A stretch of 64,000 nt of DNA from NCBI GenBank assembly GCA_012295275.1, contig CM022670.1, forward strand, positions 33,418,001 to 33,482,000, in the 5' to 3' direction. The position numbers and the translations under genes are program-made. The notes beneath the pieces were generated by a model. It was given only the letters and a program-made list of their open reading frames with translations. It had not been told where the DNA came from and did no database searches. The stretch comes from Chrysomallon squamiferum. Lineage: Eukaryota; Animalia; Mollusca. This document shows positions 54,441 through 64,000 of the stretch, piece by piece (positions within the stretch are counted from its first letter, which is position 1; the number at the start of each line of letters is the position of its first letter).

Positions 54441-57389
54441 CTATAGAATATAATTCTTTTTTCAAACAGCTATTAAAATATTTAGATATGAAGTAAGTTA
54501 ATTAACCCGTTTTAATTTTTTTTTCTCTTATGAAACGAAAATTTATACATTTATTAAAAGAAAATCAAAACTAAACCAGCCATCAAACAATATCAATATA
54601 AAAAACAAACTAAAAAAATTTAATAAAAAAAAACCAGAACAAAAAAATAGAAAAGAAATCCAGACCTCGCCCAAAAAAAAAAAAAAAAAAAAAAAAAAAA
54701 TTAAATAAAATTAAATAAAAGTTTAAAAAAAAAAATAAAAAAAAAAAAATGCCAGGTCAAAAACAACTAAGGTTACAGAAACAGACGTACACTTTCTCTA
54801 CGGTGATGTCTTAAGATGCATGACAGCTGCATGTAAAATACGACGTTTACCAACGCCACTGTTTTACCTGAGACAATGTCCTTCGCAGGGAGATGGCGAA
54901 ACTCCTTCTGGCCAGACACGAAAATAGCAGTCTTTGTTCGTTAGGTAAAATCATGTACAGCCAACACACAAGCGATCGCTGGTATACACAAAGAAAAACT
55001 CACAGCACCAAATCGTGACGGATTCGCACACGCCGATACACCGTCAGTCTTCTCCATTGTGAACTGTTTGACGTAAGTCGTGTTAGACCAGATTTATGTT
55101 TCGTTTCGTTTTTGTGTTTTTCATTTTCTTTCTTTTTTTTTTTTTTTTCACAGATTTTTGTGTGTAGAAATAACGCTGTTTACATTCTGTGCAGTTTTGA
55201 CGTTGTTTTTTAAAATATAATGTTGACCAAATTTAATTTTAGTGCAGAAAAGTTTGTAGAATGCACATTATGAAAATAAACTACAAATAAATAAACAAAA
55301 AAGTAAAAGACAAAACATTTAACTAAACATCCTTCTTCAAAACAAAAACAGAAATAAGGAACCAAATAAATAAAGCGTGTTAAAAAGCAAATATACTGAA
55401 AATTAATCCTTATTAAAACCCAAGAAGAAGAAGAAGAAGAAGACTTCGTTATATAAAAAAAAGAGACCAAGACGTCTGTTGGGAAAGTGATATGATTTAG
55501 TCAAAAACAAAACAAAACAAAAAATTTTAGATAAATAAATTCCTAAATAAATTTAAATAATTTATATGTAAAAGGAATGAAAACAAAAATAGAAAAAAGA
55601 AAAAACAATAATAAAAAAGATTTATGCAAATAAAATAGTTATAAAATAAACACAGAAACAAATAAACAAGCAAGCAAGCAAACAAACAAACAAACAAACA
55701 AATAAATAAATAAAAGATTAAGTAAATAGTAAATAAATAAAAATGTATCTCTGTAAATATGTAAGTATTTAAGTATGTAAATATTTATGTTATATAAGTA
55801 TGTAAGAAAGAAAACGGTTCATAACACCAAAGTTTAAAAATGTTTTTAATTATCGATTCCACACTTTCAGACCTTAAGCAATGTTCTCAGTAGAATCCTA
55901 CCGATATCATAATTAATTTCTATATTTATATCCGTCAGCTGCATTTTATTTCTTTATTACACGCGTCTAATTTTCAACTTTGTTCATATCTATACTTATA
56001 TCTTCAGTCATTTTTTATTCCAGTGTAATAACATAGCCTGGAACACCATTTTAAAAAAAACCTAACAAAGAAATGAAGCCAAGCAGATGTTACACAACCA
56101 GATGTTTTCCTACAGTTCATTGAACATACATTTTATTACTGAACAATGGGCAATTCTAGACGAAATATATGAAAATATGTGTAGTGTAATTTAAACCATA
56201 ATTCAAGGTTGGAGGCCCCCACCCTATACTTCATTTTTTTTTTTTTTTTTTTTTTTTTTACGGGTGTTTTCTTTACAATGAAATTAATTTTCTCATGAAC
56301 ATTACAGCCACTATCATTCTTCTTTTATTAAAACCTCGATTAACTTGTAATTGTTATTAGCTAGTTGATTCAACCGTGGCAATATATAGTTTATTTATAC
56401 TATCATTTGTTTGTTTTCTATGTACGCAACTGTTATGGTGAATGTTTAGAAAAAAACAGAACGTATGTTTTTCTATGTGACGTTTTGTCGATATATACCA
56501 AGGTAAAATTGTTGTTTTTGTTTAAGTTTTCGTTTTTCTTTCATTGTTTACTATTTTTTTCCATTAATATGATAATCTTTTTTTTTTTTTTTTTTTTTTT
56601 TTTTTGGCACCTCATATAATATTTAAATAATCTGTTTAAAACCATCAACATAATTTTATGTATGTTAATATGAATGTATCTATGTATGTATATCTGTTTG
56701 TATTAATACGACATTGCATTACACATAAACGAAAGTTTGAAAAGTACCTACATGTAGATAAAAGCAAATAAAATGTTTTCTAGAATTTTCTAGACTAATA
56801 TAGTTATAAGTAGTAAGTATATATAGGTTAGTTATAATAATACTGATACAAATACTAATAATAATAACAGAGAAATATAAATAAAAACCAAAAGTAGAAA
56901 GAAAAACAAGAAAAAACAAAAAACAAGAAAAAAAGAAAAGAAAAAAAACCCAGTGGATATTGTTCAAATTAAAGCAAATAATTAATTTCCTTTTTAGGAT
57001 TGTAAGAGTTACTCCCCATTAATAAACCTTTACCTTTTTAGCGAAAGTATACGTGTATTATAATTGAGAAACATATTATTAAATTTTACTAAAAATGAAT
57101 AAATAATTTAAACTAATTGTTTAATTTATGTAGTGTCTAGCCTTTATTAAAAATAAAGTATGAAAATAAGCAGAACGGGTTTCTTTTTCCACAGGCGTGA
57201 ACGTCATAAATAATTCAGGAAAAAAAACACAAAAAAAACTTTACAGACTGAACAAATGTTTTGCATACTTTTCTATTACAGCGTTTTACAGGTTTATGTA
57301 CGTAATGACGTCACAGAATAGCTTGTTAAAACAGTTATTTACAATTACATACTCAGTGATTATTATTATTATTATTATTATTATTTATT

Positions 57390-57421
<32 letters not shown>

Positions 57422-57619
57422 TTATTATTATTATTATTTTTTTTTTAGTTTAGACTGCTATGTAGCAACAAATAAAACAGTTAATGGATTGCATACAAAC
57501 TTTGTTTTTCCGCATGAATATATAAAAAACATGATAAATTTAATAGGAAATGGAAAATACCCACATGGACATTTAAGGATCGAACCAATTATAAAAACAT
57601 TTAAAGTGAACCGCTGTTT

Positions 57620-58149
57620 GGCGCAACGAACAACACAACATCTGTCCAGCATCCAGCGTTTTACTCGTTTGCTTCACGTGATTACCTCGCCGTGGAAACA
57701 TCTCTGTTACGTTGTGCTCGTGTTTTGTGCAGTATTTTGCCAAATTTCTTTTTTCTGGCCATGGATACTAAGAAAGTGGGTGCAAAGGACAGTGCTGAGA
57801 AGAAGAAGCGGATGATGTCCATTGAATTAAAACCTGAATTCATAAAAAAAAAACCATGAGCGAGGTGTGCATGTCATCGACTTTACTAGAGCGTAGCACT
57901 TCTACGATATGTACAATACTGAAGTTGAAAGTGTCGGTAAAGGCTGTAACTCCAGCCAAAGTCGTTAAAATAATTTGTCTGAAGAACAATACACTTTACA
58001 AAACCAATTTATTTCTTTACATTCTCTTTTATTTTGTTTTTTTTACAATAATTGTCACTTATAAATACATTTTTCTTATTTAAAAAAAAAAAAAAAAAAA
58101 AATAAAATAAATAAAAAAAATATAAACTAAAAAAAATTAATAATAATAA

Positions 58150-58193
<44 letters not shown>

Positions 58194-58331
58194 GGATAGT
58201 TTTGGGGGGGCTGGAACGGATTAATGGTATTTCAATTTATTTCATTTGGGAATACTGCTTTGATATATGAGCAATTTGAGTTACGAGCTCGGTCACGGAA
58301 CGAATTAAACTCGTAAGTCGCGGTACCACTG
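57620..58331 (+). mobile_element. Decayed, internally deleted Tigger/pogo-family DNA transposon with a frameshifted transposase N-terminus
   Basis: From ATG 57761 across two frameshifts: MDTKKVGAKDSAEKKKRMMSIELKPEFIKK / HERGVHVID / ERSTSTICTILKLKVSVKAVTPAKVVKII, which resembles the CENP-B-type N-terminal HTH of Tigger transposases. The right end ctcgtaagtcgcggtaccactg+TA (reverse complement TA|CAGTGGTACCGCGACTTACGAG) is a Tigger-type TIR with a TA target. The left TIR was not found, so the left boundary is approximate. Confidence 0.82.
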
Positions 58332-58776
58332 TATTATCTTTCTGTTTATTTAGGTAAAGCTGGAATTTAAGTCTAATTTCATAATCTATACGATAGATGC
58401 ATTGTGGTCTCAAACACAACTGTAGGATGGAGACATCCTTTGGATTTTATACAGCAGTATCACTTTACGAATTACATTCGATCAGTTTTTAATCATTTAT
58501 CAAAACTGCAGCGAACAATAAGATATCCAAAATATTATTAGTTTATCAGAACAATGATTAGAATATTGCAGCTTGTCAAGTATATACTGCTAAATTTAAC
58601 TACTAATCATAATCAAAATATTTATTTTGAAACATCGTAGGCGGTGACAAAACTTTCTCACGTAATAAAAGCTTGATACTTTTTCTATGCAAAACAACTA
58701 AACAAACCATCCCCCCCCAAAAAAAAAACCCAGCAGCCCCCAACAACATACAAAACAAACATAAGAACAACACACA

Positions 58777-58818
<42 letters not shown>

Positions 58819-58850
58819 TTAATAAATCAATGAATGAATGAATGAATGAA

Positions 58851-58901
<51 letters not shown>

Positions 58902-59745
58902 AAAATAACACCAGATTCAATAAGGTAAAATTGTTATTCCTGCCAGCATGTACTGATATATTTCTGTTCAATAACTCAAAAAAAAAAAAAAAAAAAAAAC
59001 AATTCCAAAAAACTAAACAAAGACAGCTTTGGTATCAGTTTGGTTTATCAATAATCAACACTCTTGTTCATGTTACCTGTGTCTCGACCACATGGAAGTT
59101 TGGTAACAAATACTCGCCTGAGATAACCTGTATATACGTCACTCTCTCGCGTGTAATCTGCTGCTGACATCTAAAACTACACGAAAAACATTATCAAGTA
59201 AACTACATCTACACAACAAAAAGTTTTCACTTTTGGATTTTTTTCATGCACTCTAATCTTTCAGGGTAATTTACATATGTATTTATTATGTTGTTTTTTT
59301 CAATATGTCTTCAGTTGTTTGGTATTTTGTCTGCATTCAGTATTAAACACTTGGTCTTTTTATAAATAAAATAAAATAAATAGAAAATAAATAAACAAAC
59401 AAACTAATAGACAGACAGTGGCCTTTTGATAAAGAATATTAAAAATGTATTTGCTATGTTTTAATATAAAAGGTATTAATATTCTAGTGCTAATCATGTT
59501 GATCATAAACTGCATCCCACAAAGAAAAATCACATACCAAGGCATTTGATAAAACAGGAATGAAAAATTGCCTACCCAGAGGATAACACATTTGTCATCA
59601 TGTTTAATATTAAAACAAAATTCCATAAAATCGAATTACATTGAGAAACAATAGCAGCAACAAGAACAACGCCAACTACAACAACAAGAATAACAACAGA
59701 AACAATTTTTTTTTTTTTTTTTTTTTAAAGATATATTATCAAATC

Positions 59746-59751
59746 TTTATT
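59746..59751 (-). terminator. Candidate polyadenylation signal of the EGF/CCP/kringle gene
   Basis: TTTATT on + (AATAAA on -) about 40 nt after the TAA stop. Confidence 0.45.
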
Positions 59752-59791
59752 TATAAAAATCTGGATCAGCGGAGATATGTCTTTCATTTGT

Positions 59792-61764
59792 TTAATTCAG
59801 AAAGTCGCAAGGCTTAACGTTACAGTATTCCCAACGGATGAAGGAACTTGTCGTATAACACCAAGTTATATAATCTCCGCTAGGGTCGCGACAATAATTA
59901 GCGACGTCATCTAACGTAGACTGTCCAGTGAAAAATTCTGCTTTGTTGTAAGAATGACGCTGAGGACTTTGCGAATCCCAGCGTTGACATTTACGTCCTT
60001 TTGACGTTCGACTCGTGGTGCCGATGTACAGAACTTTCGTGTGCTGACCGGCGTCGTAATCCCTGGTCAAGATGAAACAGTCCTTTGCTGAAAACACACA
60101 GTGTGTTAACACTTGACATTGTATGTATGAATATTATTTAATAGTTACGTATTCATGTTTGAGTCAAAATGTCTGGGTATCCTTACTTCGTAATTTTTTC
60201 TTCTTATTTTTACTTTTTCTGATACTTTAATACCTTTATTATTATAAAATATATTTTGTTTTAGTTAGAAATAAATTTCAAAACTATTTTATATCAAAGT
60301 CTTCTCAAGGTCATTAATGATGATGACAACAACAACAACAACAACAGCAACAACACCAATAAATAAATAAATAGATTTCCACAAAATTAAAACATAAAAA
60401 AATTAGAAGGTAAACATAAAAACTACCTTTTTAAGTAATAATTTTTAAAGACCCTCTGCACACAAATATGATGTAATATTTCTTAAATAAGCTATTACAC
60501 TTACGAGCGCATATTATTGGATTTACATCCCAGTCTTCGTATTTTTTTCCATTTTCACCTTTACAAACAGCAACGGGTTTGTTAATCTCAACCAGACTTC
60601 CTAAGCATTCATACTGAGCAATGACCGAGCCGTTTGGATACCTCTTCATGGAAACCACCTTAGCGCCAGGAATGAACGGAGCAACACTGCACTTAGGTCC
60701 TGTGTTTAGTTTTAATTGACGATTTTTAATTTTTGTTTTTAAAATATATAAAAAAAATAAATCTGATATTTTTTGTTCTCATACAAACGGCTTAATGAAA
60801 CTGGTTATTAGAGTTCAAGATATGTTAATTAAAGAAATACAAAAACAAATTGCATAAATACACATTATGTACATCCAGATGATTCCACTGATTATTTCTA
60901 TCGACCAATTTATATTTGAATTAGCTGGAATAAGGCAAAATATTCGTAGCACAATAAGTATTTAATAAATTTAAGTATATATGATTGTATATAATTATAT
61001 ATATATATATATTTATAATTATAAACATTTTGTATTTCATGTTACAGGTTTTCAGCAAAAAAGATAAAGGTTAGAAATAAAGCTATCGAGAATATATAGA
61101 TAAACAAACAGACACACAGACAGATAAATATATAGATAGACAGAAAGGTAGGTAGGTAGATAGAGAGAGACAAACAGACAGATATACGGACATACAGAAA
61201 GACAATCAGTTAGAGAGAGACACGAGAATGAGAATGTCACACAGAGAAATTTCACACAACTGGTATTAATATTACCTGGATTACATCGAGGAATGTCGCA
61301 ATAGTCAAATCTCTTCAGAATGTCAGTCGTGTAACACCAAGGTCGACCCTCGTTGTCTGGATCTCTGCAGTAGTTACCTGCATCCGACAGTCGACTGACG
61401 TGGAAGTAATACGGGTGGACGTTGTTCCTGTAGTGTATCTGGGGGTACTGAGAGTCGAACCTCTGACACGATACCTCGCTCGCTGAACCTTTCACTGTCG
61501 CTTTCGTCCCAGCGTAGAAAGCGTGACTCTCAACACTAATGTAACACTGGGTTGCTGTTAGACATGAAGATAACAAGACTGTTTCAAATAAAATTAGGTA
61601 ACTCAAGTTTGATATTAAACATTTAGATATAAATTTATTATATCTCTCTCTTTGTTTATCCGTCTCCTTCTCTTTTTCCGTCTCTTTCTCTCTCTCTTTC
61701 TGTTTATCCATCTATCTGTTTGTCCGTCAACTCTGTCTTTTTCTCACTATATTTTAATCCTTGA

Positions 61765-61857
<93 letters not shown>

Positions 61858-63546
61858 TAATAATAATAATAATATTAACGACAACACTTAAAAACTTATT
61901 TTTAGAAATGTAATAATTATTAAAGTGTTTAATAAAAATGTTTAGAAAATTAAAAGTATGCAGCATTTGGCAGCAATGAAAGATTCCCCCGTAATACATG
62001 TTTTTAAAAGAATAGTAAAATCTTTATACCGCTGGTACCGTTACAGACATTACAGACAGCATATAAATAATATAAACAAGAATACTTCTCCTGTAATATG
62101 ACAGAATCGAAGTTTTCAGTTGAAAGTGAGATACGTCTACAACATGGTTTGAATACTGTCTTACGCTGGCAAGTCATCGTGGGTAACTCCCATACACCAG
62201 TTTTCTTGGAACAGTTTGCTTGAGGATTTCCCTCCCAGTAAACGTAACCAGATTTACAAGCATATGTGACTTCCATTCCGTCCGCCGACCTTTTTATCAC
62301 TTCAGCGCCGAAAAGCTCGGGCGTCGTTTTACATTCATTTGCTGCTCATGTAAAAATTAACTGACTGCAGCTCAGTTGAAGAAATTAGCTATATTTACAT
62401 ACACAGACAAACACATACGCACGCATGCACACTCACACACAGACAGACAGACACACACACACAATATGCCCATTGTGTGTTATGAAATAAATTAATTTCT
62501 GTAATGGTAGTGGTATATAAATACGAATAAGTAAAATAATATATTTATTTATTTAGAAATGAAGACAAATATTAATAAATCCAGTATACTTTTCCTATCT
62601 CGTTAGATAATGTTAAATAAATAAATAAACTTTCTTTGTTTAACGAACAATAAATCAACAAACACAAACAAACATACACACACACGTGCAGAGAAACAGA
62701 AATACATATCAGTCTATATTTTGCCGACGTTTTCGAAATATTAAACCATTATCATGATTATAATTTGATGAAAATCGGCTTCATGCCAAATCTAAAAACA
62801 ATAAATTTTCAGAGATATGGTTTGATCTCAAAAAGATTATTTAATTATTAATGTTGGTTTATTTATTAATTTATTTCTTCATTTGACCAAAACTTAAAAT
62901 AAATGAATAAATTTAATAAAATAAATGCAGACCTTCGCATCCGTTTCCGTTATTGGTAAATCCATCTTTACACTGACAGACAAATGAGCCTGCGGTGTTT
63001 GAACAGAAAGATGTTTCATCATCACAGTCAGCAATTCCCATTGCACATTCATCTTTGTCTGCAAGTATATAATTTTTAGCATTTTAAAATATTGCTATAA
63101 TATATATTGGTATGTGCTGTATAATGCCATGCGAAACTAAGACATTTTTTTTTTTTTTGTCTGAATTTGTTAATAATAAAATTATAATGGTAACGAAGTA
63201 ACAATTCAACAAGTGAACTGAAAATTCTTAATCCATTTTAATTTTGCTGCATAACTAAATAACAATTCTATACATGAACTGTAAATTATTCAGTCGCTCC
63301 AATGTTATGTTGTAACAACATTTTGTTTTTGTTAGAGATAAATAAATAGTTAAAACGAAAAAAGATTCCTTTACCTGAACAGCCTTTTCCATTGTCTGTA
63401 TATCCCTGTTTGCACTGACAGGTAAAAGATCCAGCTGTATTTAAACAGGTAGATGTCTTCTCATCACAGCTGTCAGTTCTTAAACTGCACTCATCCACAT
63501 CTTCAACGACGACATATAATATACATATATTAGCGTAATGCTGTGT

Positions 63547-63623
<77 letters not shown>

Positions 63624-63927
63624 ATTAAATATGTAACAATGATAAATAAATAATTCCATACATGAATTGTAAATTTTCAATCCCACTCAATTTTTATTAT
63701 GTTGTAAAAAAGATAATTACTGTGTAATAATTTTCTTTATCTTTTGTAAATAAATAAATAAATAAAACTACATATTTACAACGAATGAAGATTCATTTTA
63801 CCTGAACAACCTTTTCCATTGTCGGTATATCCCTGTTTGCACTGACAGGTAAAAGATCCAGCTGTATTTAAACAGGTAGATGTCTTCTCATCACAGTCAT
63901 CAGTTCTTAAACTGCACTCATCCACAT
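59792..63927 (-). CDS. Modular extracellular protein, 3' portion: at least 3 calcium-binding EGF, CCP/sushi, kringle, CCP/sushi, kringle
   Basis: Minus-strand phase-1 exons: 63927-63802, 63500-63375 and 63058-62933 (cbEGF, e.g. DVDECSLRTDDCDEKTSTCLNTAGSFTCQCKQGY); 62341-62165 (CCP: C...YACKSGY...C...W...C); 61554-61276 (kringle: CQRFDSQYP...NYCRDPDNEGRPWCYTT...RFDYCDIPRC); 60699-60505 (CCP-like); 60087-59792 (kringle: CQRWDSQSP...NYCRDPSG...WCYTT...RWEYCNVKPC, then TAA). Upstream exons lie beyond the window end. Confidence 0.9.
61768..61852. repeat. (CT)n microsatellite
   Basis: Directly visible. Confidence 0.95.
63550..63620. repeat. (GA)n microsatellite
   Basis: Directly visible, between the two duplicated EGF exons. 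Confidence 0.95.
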
Positions 63928-64000
63928 CTTCAATGAAGACTTAATTTATATATCAACTGAAAATCGCTGGATTTATGTTTGAAATGCATAATCACTAAAT

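Noticed and set aside
59706-59751. AATAAA followed by an A-run on the minus strand as a retrocopy polyA tail
   Set aside because: The gene has introns, and long A/T homopolymers are ubiquitous in this window.

Overview
AT-rich, microsatellite-dense eukaryotic DNA with GT-AG introns, probably an invertebrate bilaterian (mollusc/lophotrochozoan-like; this is inference). Four protein-coding genes can be reconstructed by hand with consistent splice phases. (1) The last seven coding exons of a multi-PDZ scaffold (MPDZ/PATJ family), + strand, 417-10588. (2) A complete POMGNT1 gene with 20 coding exons (20766-32526, about 635 aa), plus a non-coding first exon in a CpG-rich promoter near 16.7 kb. (3) An intronless CABIT-domain adaptor (GAREM/THEMIS/serrano family), 44530-46293. 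(4) The 3' part of a minus-strand modular extracellular protein, (cbEGF)n-CCP-kringle-CCP-kringle, with no protease domain, 59792-63927, continuing beyond the window. Two direct-orientation copies of a ~1 kb non-autonomous hAT/Charlie-like element, each with an internal 42-bp tandem array, flank POMGNT1. A decayed Tigger/pogo element lies at about 57.6-58.3 kb, and a ~235-nt inverted repeat at 51.5 kb. There is a visible switch from CpG-depleted gene bodies (left ~36 kb) to CpG-retaining DNA (right). No CRISPR array, rRNA or tRNA was found. Most short ORFs in the track are microsatellite artefacts.
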